Translations under genes and position numbers: made by a program
Part shown: piece after piece, positions 44,601 to 57,128 of the stretch
Layout of the letters: the number at the start of each line of letters is the position of its first letter
Numbering within the stretch: position 1 is the stretch's first letter
Assembly (NCBI GenBank): GCA_963575745.1
Contig: CAUYUJ010000004.1
Span: forward strand, 496,001-560,000
Direction: 5' to 3'
DNA from: Prorocentrum cordatum
Taxonomy: Eukaryota
Length of the DNA: 64,000 nucleotides
Notes under the pieces: generated by a model
What the model was told of the DNA's origin: nothing
The model's database searches: none
The model's input: only the letters and a program-made list of their open reading frames with translations

Positions 44601-47057
44601 CCCGCCGACGATCCTGTGGCGGGCGACGAGGGAACGCCACGCGAAGCGGGTGAATCCACCGACGCTCCAGTCACTGTCATCATTGGCACTTCTACCATAA
44701 CACTGACAGACGAGGAGCAGCCAGCCAATGATGCCATGAGGGCAGAAATGACGGCGGAAATTCATGCAGATGAAGATACCGGATCTTCCATCCTCGATAA
44801 CATCATCGATCCGCCCGATAATTTCCTCAACCACCCCGATTACGACCCAGAAGAACCTACTAAATGGATTCTTCCTTCTTACGACCACCGAGTGTATTAC
44901 TGGACATCCGCACCACTGGTGGCCTCACCGATGATCCAGGTTAAACAAATTATTGGGTTACACGCTGGCAGGACCAGCCTTGTAGTGGACGAGATAGGGT
45001 CATACTTGCGATTTGAGTTCCGATTCGGGACCAATACAGAGGCATACCAGATGGACTACGACCACACTCATACATGGGCACGCGATTTGCCAATATGCAG
45101 CGCAGATCATTTCTTCAAGAAGATGGTACTTTTCCTCGACCCTGAAGTTATTCAGGAATCAACTACAGGGATCTTTCAATGGATTTCCAAAGTGTACCAG
45201 ACTTTCTTGTTGGATGGTATCAAGGAGCTACATCAATTCACCAACGTTTCCATCAGCAAGAACCATCCTGCTCTTACTGCGTTGCGAGCACTCTTCACAG
45301 AGTGCAAAAAGACACACGGAGACCCAGGCTCCCCCGTATGGGAGGAGCCGGCGGCGACGCCTGCCGCGCCTGACCAGGACGACCCAGGCGCCAAACAGGA
45401 TATTGCCCAGGACCCAGGTAGCGTCGCTTCAGCAGCCCCAGATCAAGAGACCATGGTGCAGGTCCTGGCTGAAATGCAGAAAATTGACCGCGAGGTGGGC
45501 GACAACGAGACCACCCTGCAGGCAGAGGCCACTCGCATTCGTGCGGACATGGCCGGATCCTACGATCAGACGGACTCCATGGATATCGACACTTCCGAGT
45601 ACACAGGACTACCGGGAGAAAGGCTATCGCCGACCGAGATCGAGGGGATCGGACGATCGATCGCTTCTCGTGCCACCGCTGAGCTCAATCGTGAGGCTAT
45701 GAACCAGCTTGGTCATTCCCTCGCGTCAGCAGCTGGTGGCAACACTCGCTGGGGCTCTCTCAGGGACCTCGCCACGTCTGGGGCCCCCGAAGGACTCCAG
45801 CAAGATATCCCGCGATGTCGGAATTGCGATCGCCTCCTATCTTTGGGGATTGTCACCGATGATGGGACACTTTGCGATATCTGCTGGCAATGCAGTGTCT
45901 CTGTAGGCGCCGCAGGCAAAGGTGGAGCCGAGGCGAACGACTTGGCGCACCTCCAGCAGCTCAACAACTGGATCAGGACCAACCTCTTTGAGGACAGCGT
46001 CAGGCGCTACATGACAGATGGAGCGCGCGTCTACATGACGGGCAAACGGTCCAAGCACGGAGAAGAAAAGGATAGCTTGAGGAAACTAGCGAAGAAGGCG
46101 GGAGAGAGGTACCAGAAGTGGCTCGATGCAGGTTCCCCTCCTGCGAGTGCGTGCAGGATGATGAGCGAATCTGACGATGAGCGTCCTCTGTACCACCCTT
46201 ACCGCACTGTTGTCCAGCGCTTCCTCAACGACCCACGGTTCCACCGCCAGATGACTGCCGCCCGCGTGGAAACTGGCAAGAATGCCTGGACCGTCGAGGA
46301 CATGCGCGATGCCTGCGACATCCATGCTCGCAGTGTAGCGCTTGGCCTCGCCGGTCGCAGGAACTGGTGGCTTAACGAAGGTAGGATGGACAGCGGCACC
46401 AGGCAAGAACGTGGTCTCATCACAATTGCGGCGCCCCGCGGGGGCGGCACTTGTGAAAAGGTCACGCAGCGTAAGCCTTCCAAGCTTGCTTCTGTCGAAC
46501 CTGCCATGGGATCTGCCGATGCAAGGGGGGCGAGTTCAGGAGATAGAACCGATCCTACTGCCCCCCACACGCACTCCTCTGACGCACATGGCGCCATGGA
46601 GCTGCGGCTTCCTCCGCTGCCGCCTCGCGCTGCCCATGGCGATGCTGCTGGGGGCCGCGCCTCAGGCGCAGTGGCAGGCGCGCCCGCAGGGCGCAGCGGC
46701 GCTGCTGCAGCGCCACAGTATGGCGGGCAGTCGGACCCGACTGGCGGCAGCAGTCGCGGGCCGACGACACCCCCGCGTGCCGAGCGGGCACGTGCGACAG
46801 AGGACTATGCAACGTGGTGGCGCCACAACCTTGAGGGCAGCCGTTGGGGCCCAAGGTACTGGAGCTACTACATCAAGTGCTGGATTTACATCGCGGAGAA
46901 CAATGACGAGTTCGTGTACATCAGCGACTTACAGTACAACGACCGGTTCCGCAACTGGATCCCAAGTACACCTTGGGCGACATATGCGACGAGCTTCGTC
47001 GGGGCCGACGGCTACCGGGTGTGGGACCACAGGTTCTACATGACAGGCACCTCCTAG
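41690..47057 (+). pseudogene. ~1,800-codon ORF broken by ~2 frameshifts and a stop, containing a Tpt1/KptA domain, a CxxC..CxxC finger and a Trp-rich C-terminus
   Basis: Consecutive intronless ORFs 41690..42403, 42595..44241 (frame continues upstream past one TGA near 42462) and 44169..47057 share uniform composition. Confidence 0.75.
42811..43640 (+). CDS. kptA: Tpt1/KptA (RNA 2'-phosphotransferase, ART-fold) domain
   Basis: Motifs in the correct order: MSKDITTMLRH, EKNRTEV, IRCVGGHS, YLHHGTT..WRNILKTGI, LVIDMEFAAKSGCRFWLGAQGAIMTEDVVP. Confidence 0.8.
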
Positions 47058-47848
47058 TTTTGTTGGCCGCAAGGCCCACTGCTCGATTGGCTTGAACTTC
47101 ATCCTTGCAAAAGTTCGCCTCGGGCAGTGAATGCTCATATAATATTTGGCCACTTCGCTATACAAGAAAAGTGGCCATTCATACATACCTTGTGAAACCC
47201 AAGGCAGACTCCTATGGGGCATCGCCGATGGGGAGTAACTAATTGCAGAATTTGTTAATGCAGCTTTTCGCGTTTATCAACGCGGCTCTACGTCTGGCCA
47301 GACATTTGCTTGATTGATTTTGACGTGCTTCTTAACGCGATCGTGTTTCTCAACGCGACTTGATATCGCATTCTTTTGCTTGTTCTATACAGTGCAATTT
47401 GAATATACTCTTGCGCTGAGAATGATCTGATGCCCAGCTTTAGTATGAAAGCTGGTGGCAACACCTGCCGCGTATAGACGCGGCAGCTTCTGATGTTGCT
47501 TTAATTTACTCAGACCCTCTTGATCCGCCCACCCGTGCCTCATTCTTCTCCGCCCTCGAGCGCCGAAGCGTTTTTTTGGGGGCGCACCGAGGGGGCGCCA
47601 AAGCGTGCTTGGCGAAGATGCAGAGGCCCTGGGTGTCCCTGCTTTCCCTCGCTTGCCCGATCACGCCAGCTTCTGTGCTGCGCTTCCCTTTTGCGCACTG
47701 CTGTCGTGGTCGGGGCACAGCTGCAACGATGCAGCTTTTCCGCTCAGCTGCCTATCTGTGCTAAGGGTTTGAGGAGTAAATGGGTGACAGGTTCTTTTGT
47801 CCTTTTCCCGAATCCTGCCCTCGCGGGCGGGATTCGGGACGGGGGGCG

Positions 47849-47998
47849 TGCATAGAACCCGTGTGTTACCCTCATATATACTCCTTATCCTGACTCTCTT
47901 GATCCTGGCCGTTTGGGCTCAGGCATTGGATTGGATCGATCAGACCTTTGATCGTGCAGGAGGAAAAGATATCCATCTTCCCCTCCTTACCTCTACCA
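47849..47998 (+). mobile_element. Putative 3' LTR (TG...CA, 150 bp) preceded by a G-rich polypurine tract
   Basis: gggacggggggcg|TGCATAG...CTCTACCA. It contains a TATA-like catatatact and a degenerate SL-like cctggccgtttgggctcagg. No partner LTR is seen in the window. Confidence 0.5.
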
Positions 47999-48395
47999 AC
48001 GGATCAGGGGTTCTGTGCCTTTGTATTCCAACCCCATACACACTGGGGGCCCGCTTCACTCCGCGCGAGGCAATATCCTTCACCGCGCCCGCGATGGCCG
48101 TCTGGGGGGCGGGGTCTCCATGAGCCTCCGAGAAGCGAGTTCGCTTGCGAGGCGCGAAGCGCGTTGGAGCGCCCTCGGCCTCCCGAGCGGCCTCCCGACT
48201 CCGCGAGGCCGCCGAGGGAGAAATGAAGGGGAAGGAGAGGAGGAGGCTCCGAAAGAGGGACCGATGGAGGCGAGAGAGACATGTCCCTGGAGGAGGAGGA
48301 AGAGGAGGAGGGGGAGGTGGAGGAGGAGGAGGAGGAACAGGAGGGAGGAGGAGGGGGAAGAAGAGGAGGCGGATGATGATGATGATGATGATGAT

Positions 48396-48495
48396 NNNNN
48401 NNNNNNNNNNNNNNNNNNNNNNNNNNNNNNNNNNNNNNNNNNNNNNNNNNNNNNNNNNNNNNNNNNNNNNNNNNNNNNNNNNNNNNNNNNNNNNN
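48396..48495. other. Assembly gap (100 N)
   Basis: Run of n. Confidence 1.
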
Positions 48496-49004
48496 CCTGC
48501 AGCGGCCACTATAGCGACAGCGAGCTGGACTCGCAGCATCTCGCCACGCGCTCTGCTTGCCGACGCCCGCCGGCACGCAGAGGACGTACGTGTCGGTGGT
48601 GTGCAGGGGGGGGAGGACTATGGGGGTGGTGCAGACGTTACGGCCAGGGCCACACGGTGCCTCCCAGATGTCATGACCCCGTCTCCAGCTGTCAAGACGT
48701 GCCCTGGGTCCCCGTCGTCCTGCGCATGCCTCGGCCGATGATGCGCACCAACTCCTCTTCCTGCCCCCCCCCCTCTTCTTCGGCGCACCCGAGCGTGACG
48801 GCACAGTAATGTTGCTTCTCCTCTCCGCCGCGACGGCGGCGGCCATCGGCACGCAGAGGTTGCTGACGGCGAATGCGTGAAAGTGCAGTGGTGTTCTTCG
48901 AGGGCGCAGTGGCAGGAGGGCCAGCGGCAATTGTTGCAATTGATGGCGGTCGCCGATGCACCCGTCGACCAGACCGGGGCGGATTGGTCTGGGCTGGAGC
49001 ATTG

Positions 49005-50005
49005 GGAGAAGGAGGAGGAGGAGGAGGAGGAGGAGGAGGAGGAGGAGGAGGAGGAGGAGGAGGAGGAGGAGGAGGAGGAGGAGGAGGAGGAGGAGGGGAG
49101 GAGGAGGAGGAGGAGGAGAGGAGGAGGAGGAGGAGGAGGAGGAGGAGGAGTTGGAGGAGGAGGAGGAGGAGGAGGAGGAGGAGGAGGAGGAGGGAGAGGA
49201 GGAGGGGAGGAGGAGGGGGAGGAGGAGGAGGAGGAGGAGGAGGAGGAGGAGGCGGGGGAGGAGGAGGAGGAGGAGGAGGAGGATGAGGAGGAGGAGGAGG
49301 AGGAGGAGGAGGGGAGGGGACGAGGAGGCCAGCAGCGACGAATTACGAATTTGCGGCGGCAGCAGGTACTTACACCATCATTGAGCACATCGTTGCCACA
49401 GTTGATTATTTGTTTCGACCTCTGAGCTAAGTAGCAGCTAGCATTAATAGCAGTTGGAATTCAGCCGACGGACAAACGTCTCGCCCCCCCTCCTCTCCCT
49501 TCCCCTCGCCCTCTTCGTCCTCTTCCCGCTCCGCTCCTGAACCTCCCCCTCCCCTCCCCCCCCCTTGAACCTTCTCCTTCCCCTCCCCTCCCCCTCCCCC
49601 TCCCCTCCTGAACCTCCTCCTCCTCTCCCTCCTCCTCCTCCTCCTCCTCCTCCTCCTCCTCCTCCTCCTCCTCCCCCCTCCCGGAGCAAGAGGGAGGAAG
49701 GCGGCGGCCGCCATCGCGCCGCAGGCCGCCCGCCTCGCCTCCTTCGAGGCCGAGATCGCCAGCGAGCTCAGCGACCCCGCGGGCGCCGTCGCCGCCAGCG
49801 GCTGAGTCGCGGGTGCGCGCGCGCGCGGAGCGGCGAAAATGCGGTGGCGGTGACGTCAGCGTTTGCGGCGACGACGACGCGGAGGGGATGGGGGACGACG
49901 ACAATAAGGAGGGGGAGGAAGAGGAGGAGGAGGTGGAGGAGGAGGAGGAGGAGGAGGAGGAGGGAGGAGGGAGGAGGGAGGGGGGGGAGAAGGGAGGAGG
50001 GAGGT
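49005..50005. repeat. Long (GGA)n / (CCT)n microsatellites
   Basis: Direct reading. Confidence 0.95.
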
Positions 50006-50619
50006 TGATGATGCGACGCGCGGCTTCGCCGGGTGCGCGCTCGATGATGGCTTGATAGGTCAAGCAAACAGAGAAGAAGCCCCGCCGCCAAAATGGCGTC
50101 CCTCCAGGCTGCTCCCAGCCTGCGGGATGAAGGAGCCTCGTGGGACGCCTCCAGCGGTCCAAAGACCTCGGGCAGCGAGATCCCTGCGGGCGCGGGCTTC
50201 CCTGCGGGCGCGGGCAAGGGCATGGTTGGCCTCGATCCGAGTGCGCTGCTCCTCGGTCAAGGCTGGAAGGGGAGGAGGGGGAGAGGGACAAACGACGGCG
50301 ACAACGACGGGTCGAGGGGAACGGAAGGAGCGGGGTGAACGGGGCTGGCCAAAAAGGCCAAAGCATCCACGCTTTGCATATCAAGATATGCCTGTTCGTC
50401 AACCGTTTCAGTACAATCTTGCTCATCGGGCCTCGGAGCAAGACTGTGGGCAGCGCAAACGCTATCCTCCTGACCAGAGGTATCTTCAGCCTCTGGAAGA
50501 AGCCCGTGAGACTCGGGATCGACCTTACTGCGGCAACTCTTGCCAGCAAAGTCGGGTGGGATCAGGAACCTCTTGTTGGCTTCCACGCTCCACGGAACAT
50601 AGAAACACTAGAGACCTTT

Positions 50620-53600
50620 TGTTAAGACTCCCTGATAATCTGGTGGGCAAACCACATCTGGGTCCTCATCGGGACTAGGAAGGAAAGACAAAATCGAGGA
50701 GTAGACAGCACGAGCAATGGCCTGACAGAGGCCCACAGGATAAACCTTTTTGCGAGCAGTTTTGAAAAGCGATGGCCTACCCTTACCGAGCAGAGTCATG
50801 TAAACAGACCGTCCATGGGAACGCCGTCCACCTCCAGGGGTGGACGTCAACTGAACAGGTAATGCTGGCATTATGATGCCTACAGTGCGCGTGGGCGCTC
50901 TGCCGACCGAGGACCAGACAGTGTCGGGGGCCATGCGTTCGCATTGATCAACAAATCCGTGGCCGACGAACGGGCAGCCGAAACCAACGCGATGAGCGGG
51001 GGCCAACGAAGGAGGAGGGAGCGTGGGGGAGCCAGTCGCGAGGAACGGGGTGCTCACCCCACCCAGACGTGCCAGCACGTAGGTGTTCGGCAAGGAGTGT
51101 GACCAGGGCAAGAAGCAATGGAGGTCCAACTTGCAGCTGCCCTCCCTGCCTGGGGGTACAGTCGGACACTCCCCAGACACGCGAGGTAGTCCTGAGCGGT
51201 GGGGGGCCCCCTTCGTACTACCTCGCAGCCTGCCAAGTCTCACAAGGGTGCCCCCCACCTGAGTTGAAAATCCTCCTAGTTCGTATGTGCTCGACCCACA
51301 CTTCTAGGGCGCTATCACTGGTCAGATCCCCGCGGGTGGCGTCGATAGCAACATCTAACGACAAACAATATAGTTCGAAACCAGAGCCAGCGTGAGCAAA
51401 TTCAATATTCAAGATTCCAATGGCTGTCTCCGGATCGCCTCAAGTCAGAACAAATATTCAAGACAAAAATGGAAGAGCGTCGGATTTTGTAGGGTTAGAT
51501 AATCGCAGCGACGCCTTGGAAATCCTGCGGCCTGAACGGCCAGAATCTGTCATCCAGAGTCTCGGGGCCAGCAGCGGCCAACGGCTCAGTAGCCTCAGGG
51601 CCCGACAGGGCAACCGTGGCCCGAACGGCGTCTTCAGAGAAATCGTTATCATATTCAACAACGAGGGAACGGGCCTCAGAAACACTCAGAAGAGGAAGAA
51701 CTTGCTGCTCAAAGTCTGTAGTTTGCCTGCTCGGGTTCCATTGAAGGCTGGATGTTCTTGTCTCCATCTTCCCAGACCTGCCTTGCGGTGCGCCACAGCA
51801 TCTGCGGCGGCCTTCGCGTTCAACGAGGCAAACTCGTCGGCACTGATACAAGGTCCGTGCACTAGAACTGCGACTGCACAAGTAGGGGACTTCTTGGCTA
51901 GGTGTTCCAGTAGACCACGACGATTGGCGAAAACCGTGTGACAGTATGTGCAAGCATTGCCAGGCCCTAGGGCATTACGCATGAGCTTGAGAGCGGTGCG
52001 TGCAGGCAATATGTTGACGGAGTCCGCGCATCAAAGAGAAGACCGGTGGACACCACATACATATGTACTTGGGAGCCTCCGAAGCCTTCTGAGCATGTAG
52101 GGGTGTAAGGAATCGGAGACGGGTCTAGGAACACCAGGATCGTACAATATCGGAAAAATCGCGTCCTTGGCACTATCCGCCAGAATGTTGCGTCGGTGGT
52201 AGGAAAGAGCACTTGTGAGAGCAGCGCGGTTCAGCTGCTTCCACTTAGCTAAACAGCGACGGACAAACGCTTCCCATGGCACCAGGTCATCCCGGGGACC
52301 AGGTAAATCTTGAACGATTTTGTATACTTGCGAAGCCATACAAGATCCTCCACCATCTGTCTGACCCAAGAATTCTGTGTATGTGCGGTCTCTCGGTAAT
52401 CAGCTCCTGCTAGTGCCATGAGATGGAAGGGACCGTTGCAAAGCAAACGGCCGAATCAGCGTAAGCGATGGGCAGTTAAACACATGTCCAGCGACAGTCT
52501 GGAAACCATGCCCAGCACCTATGCATTGATCAAGACGGTGTCGTCCGTGCGCGGCTTACATATGACAGCACGATACATGCGCACGATGTCGTCCGCAAGG
52601 CTGGCGTGTTGCGCTGCTGTGAGAGTGGGCCAGATATTTGAGTTATACAAACGGCCCGAGAACATCAAACAATCCACCAGGGTAAAACCAATCTGCTCCT
52701 CCAGCATGGGCCCCCTGAGAACCTTGCGCAAAGTGGACCAGGATCCCGAAGAACATTGGGCCCGATGGCCCAGCTCTGGCCCCATGCTGCCCCCCTCATC
52801 CAAGACCGTGCCCAAAAGTGTGCACTGTCTGACCGCGTGGAAAGCGAACGTGCCGCATGCCTGCGTGCTGACATTGATGACACCCTCGGCCTCCCTCCAA
52901 AGAGCCAGTTTGGCACGATGGGAACTGGGGCCACGAAATTGGAGCAAAACTGCGGGCTGGCCTTTGCCTGCGCGCAGCGTCGTGCCTCTCCCAGCGAAAG
53001 AATCGAAAATCATACCGGCAACGCAGGGGGCGAGGGCTAGCAACGTCTGGGCCTTGCCCGTGGACATGGACAAGGAGTCATCAAAAGAGGCCATGTCCAG
53101 ACTGTGCTCCATATAGACCGCCTCTGCGTGATCAACTTGCTGCGCGATGGAGTGAGACTGAGAGGTAGGACAACGTCATTCGAGGCCTAGCTCTAGTAAT
53201 CGACTTCGCACGAGAGCCATGGTGGACGACATCGCAAAATTATATACGATATCCCCTAGTTGCTGACCTGACCCGGAGCCAATAGCTGGAAACGCAATAT
53301 CATCACTGCCCGGAAACACGAACCAAGAGCCATGATAAGCGTCGGCCACGAGTGCCTGTAGTCTCTTTGGTAAACCTAGAGCATGGAACATGGGCCCTTG
53401 TCTAACCACACACTGAGCAAGCTCATTAGCCACCTCCCAAGATAAACCAGCCAATGCGAGCAGCCTAGAAATATCAGTAGGAGAGGAGGAAGGGGTGGTA
53501 GTAACGATCAGCTTTCTGAGGCTCGTTTGAAAAGGCCTGCACCGCATCCAACGGCACGAACATGGCAGAAAGACCTCGCGCTTGCGCGAGCTGCTGGTAG

Positions 53601-56600
53601 AGGCGTAGCTCCGACGCTGCATGGTCTGCGCCTACGCCTGGTATGCCCCCATACTGGCGTGGTCCTGCTGTTTTGGGGAGTTGCGGGGCCAACTGAGCTC
53701 CCAAAAAGGATCTAGAACGTTTGCCGAGCTGAGATGGGCCCATAATAGATCGGTAACAGTTGCGACCCCCAGGGGCCACTTTCTTGAACAATGACCGATG
53801 ATGTCCTCCCTTCCACTGGGTGGGCCCCTGATCTCCGAGGAAAACCTTGGTGGTGAAAGGGGAAAGAGGAGGCTGGCACTAGGGCGGTAAAGCTTGGCGA
53901 GCATTCGCCTTGCGACGCCGTCGGGGCCCGCGGCGGCATTCCTGGTGCGTTTGCAACTTCTCTCCAGCTGACTGGTATGTGGCAGGCCCTGAATGGCGCA
54001 ATCCAAATCGAATGTGAATGAGCCTGGGAGAGCAGGGATGAACTTGGACAGCCATTCCAAGTCTGCACGTGGGATGACTGCCGCGGCCTCGTTGGACGCA
54101 AAGCGACGGGCCCATGCAGGCGCCCTTTCGCCCTCCGCCGCGAGCGGGATGCCATTGAAACCTCGCAGCATGGACAATCGCTTGGAGCGCACCTGCTTGT
54201 GCGAGCAAGCTCCGATGCGCTTCGAATGTGAGTTGGCCCTCGAGTGATCTCTGACCGACCAGGTGCTGGTGACTTCACTGGCAACGTCCGAGCAATGTGC
54301 ACTAACGTCCGCCCGTACTTGAAGACTGACGTAGTGGGTGGAGGCCGTCGACGCAGGGCGTCTGCGCGCGTGCGCGCGAGCAGCCAGATGATAAACCCCA
54401 AGCAGCCACTCGCCAACACACGTAAAGAAAGCGAAACCCGATTGGACCCAATTGAAGCCCGTAGTTAAGCCCGTAGTAGAAGCCTTGACACTGTTGCCCT
54501 CCAGGTGCAACCATTTGACCCTGGGGGTGCCCCAGCGAGATTCCCCAAGCTTGCCCCGAAGAGGGTCAGTAAGGATCCCTCGAAGCAGGTCCTGCAGGGA
54601 CATCCAAGCCCCATGGGAGAGCGCAGAAGCCTTTTAGGAGCCACATAGACCATGTCGGAGCATGGGTGGACGGCGTCAGCCCGCGCGAACTGGCAACCCA
54701 AGACTGACTCCTCTTAGAGACCCATGGGGCACGCGAAGGGATGGCCCAGACACGAGAACACATGGCTAGGTAGACCTCGCGCCAATGTGCGTGCACTCCG
54801 CGAAATCGCCGCAATACGTTGACCCGAACGTCCACGCGCTCGAGCGAAGCTTGAGACATCCACGCCTGCCCCAGCGAGCGCCCTCTAAGCAGAGCGCTTG
54901 GGCGGGAAGAACTTGGGAAGGGAGCAGCGGAGGTAGCCGACTAGCATCTGGCAACGATCGTTGGGGTGAATTGACAAATCAAGGCATGTTGCGAATTGGG
55001 CGGCGTGGTCTGCGAGTTTTTGCACTGCTTGCGGATCGGCAAAGGCTGACGGGCCACATTTGATCTAGGGGTACTCCGTGACTTGGTGATTCTTAGGAAA
55101 GGAAAGCGGGATGTGGGGCAAAACCCCCGCAGTTTTGTGATCCACTATGGAAATAGCCAAGTCGATATCGCCCTTGACTTCCGTCTGTAATACTAATATC
55201 ACGCGGGCATGCGATGTAGTCGAGCCTTCGACCTTTCGTGAGATTGGGGCCTGCAGGGGCAAACCAGGTGGCCCCACTAGCACTCGAGGAAAGAAAGGTA
55301 GCCAGCAACCAAAGCCGTCGTTCCAAGAGGGCCTCGTGAAAACATTGACCAGTATAGTTTTGAGGTTCTGGGCGAATGCTGCCGATGGCCTCTGAAACGC
55401 CGGGCCCAACTCTAGCGTTAGCGTCAAGTAGGTGCATCTCCGGGATATCTGGATCGAGAAGGTGCCGTAAACACGAGGACAAGGAGGCCCGCCAATCATC
55501 GGCGGACGCCTTGCGAGCTGCACTGTCGGGCGCGCGCTTAATGATCACATTCAAATTGGAAGTGCCATGGCAGATGGCCACTATGAGCATGCGAGGAGAT
55601 GCGTAAAGAGTCGTGCAATGCTTGGCAGTGAGCCGGCAAGATCCACTGCACGTGCACTTCGCATTGGTCCATAAAGAACAACCATAGCGGCGCTGATCGT
55701 CAGCGCTGGCGTGGATAACGTGGTGATCGCCCACTGCAGAATAACCGTCACGTTGGAATCGAGTCTCCAGGGTGAACGAATTCAAGCTTAGCGCCTGCTC
55801 CGAAAGCTGGTGGTCGTGCCAGGCAAAAGACAAGTGCGGTGTGAAGTCAGTCAGCTGCATTGAAACAAGTGTGGCTTGCTTGTCGGTAAACTAGTTCCAT
55901 GGGTCTGCTGAGGGCCCTGACACATGCTGGGTTCTGAAAGCGTCGACGCTGCCATGAAACATGATGCGCGACAAGCTGTCGAGCACTATTCTTTCCTCGG
56001 CTACACTGCCGCATGTGGCTCCATCCTGGATGATAGAAACTACCTCGAGGCTATCACAGTACATGTCCACGTGGATGTTTTTGGGATCCCGGATATCATG
56101 CCATTGGATGATCCATGCCATGGCCCATTGGGCCGCGAAAAGCTCCGAGAGGAACGAGTGATGCTCGGGCGGAGTGTCCCCTGGGTCGAAGGAGCTAGCC
56201 AAAAAGCAGAGGAGGGCGACATTGTCGGAGACGTCTTCCTCTAGAATCAAGAACCCCCAACTGGGTAACCCTTTGGACCTCTGTGAAAACCCATCCAGTG
56301 ATACGACATGCTTGCCTCCACCTGTACTGTCCGTGTAGATGAGGAGTCCACGATGCTCACCAATGTCCCCAATGGACGAAAGACCAGAAAAGGGCTTGAA
56401 TATCTGAAGAATGTATGTACTGGGCGGCAGGGAGCAAGTCCTCGGGGAGCTGGCGGCCCCACGGGGCCCGCAACTTCTGGATCAAAGTTCGGGGGTGAGG
56501 GAGAGGGCTGGCCGAACATCCACGAATCGGGGCAATATGCGGTTCTGAGGTGTGGAAATGTCCAGAGTGGCGTTGGCTTGGCATGCCCGCGTCAGAGTCC

Positions 56601-56930
56601 TGCACCTCGTGCATCTCGGGATTAATCCCTCCCCCACCGGTCGGTTCCTGAAAACTCTTGTTGGTGACGTCCTCGCTGCCGATCATTTGGAAATTGGGGT
56701 CTGGTTCGCCGACGGGAGGAGCTTCTGCCGCGCGCCATAGCGACGCTGCAATACCGAGCTGGCCTGGCAGAGAGCCCGCCTGCTGCTGCCACTTGGTGCG
56801 ATCCGCTGGCTTACGCCCTCCGATGCCGAGCTGCAATGGCCGCGGGGGCGGGGTGCTGCTGGCGCTGTTGCCAACCGCGACGTTGGACGTGGCTGAAGCA
56901 CCTGCTACCCTGAATGCTGCCAGCCCCTCC
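50620..56930 (-). mobile_element. Degenerate LINE with domain order RNase H - AP endonuclease - RT - C2H2 finger - C5 cytosine methyltransferase
   Basis: RNase H: SELFAAQWAM..MYCDS..HVSGPSADPWN (55891..56250). Endonuclease: LETR, LLDANARVG, RLDYIACP (55093..55860). RT: AAGPDGV, QYGG, LDAVQAF, GSGSGQQLGDIVYN, SFDD, LLGTVL (54000-52500). Finger: CTYCHTVF..LLEHL. MTase as in the next feature. Confidence 0.85.
50630..51480 (-). pseudogene. C5 DNA methyltransferase domain at the LINE C-terminus
   Basis: Motif I-like VLNICSDLRRSGD, SLDVAIDATRGDL, catalytic GGHPCETWQAAR (~51220-51257), motif VI-like GEHP, motif X-like KVYPVGLCQAIA; frameshifted. Confidence 0.75.
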
Positions 56931-56979
56931 TCTGCGTCACGTGGTAGGCCGTCTGGTGCGGGAGAGAGATGAAGAGAAA

Positions 56980-56983
<4 letters not shown>

Positions 56984-57030
<47 letters not shown>

Positions 57031-57079
57031 TACATAGATAAAGAGAGAGAGAGAGAGAGATAACGAAAGACATATATAT

Positions 57080-57122
<43 letters not shown>
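56984..57122. repeat. (GA)n microsatellite
   Basis: Direct reading; a similar (CT)n tract lies at 18946-19060. Confidence 0.95.

Positions 57123-57128
<6 letters not shown>

Noticed and set aside
48873..49714. Poly-Glu/Gly/Arg ORFs here and at 8.6-9.3, 19.8-20.2, 35.8-36.2 and 38.0-38.7 kb
   Set aside because: They are open only because (GGA)n microsatellites lack stop codons.
50060..50260. MTEEQRTRIEANHALARARR (SMARCAL1/UNG-type RPA-binding helix)
   Set aside because: An isolated 20-aa motif with no accompanying enzyme domain; probably the tail of another retroelement fragment.
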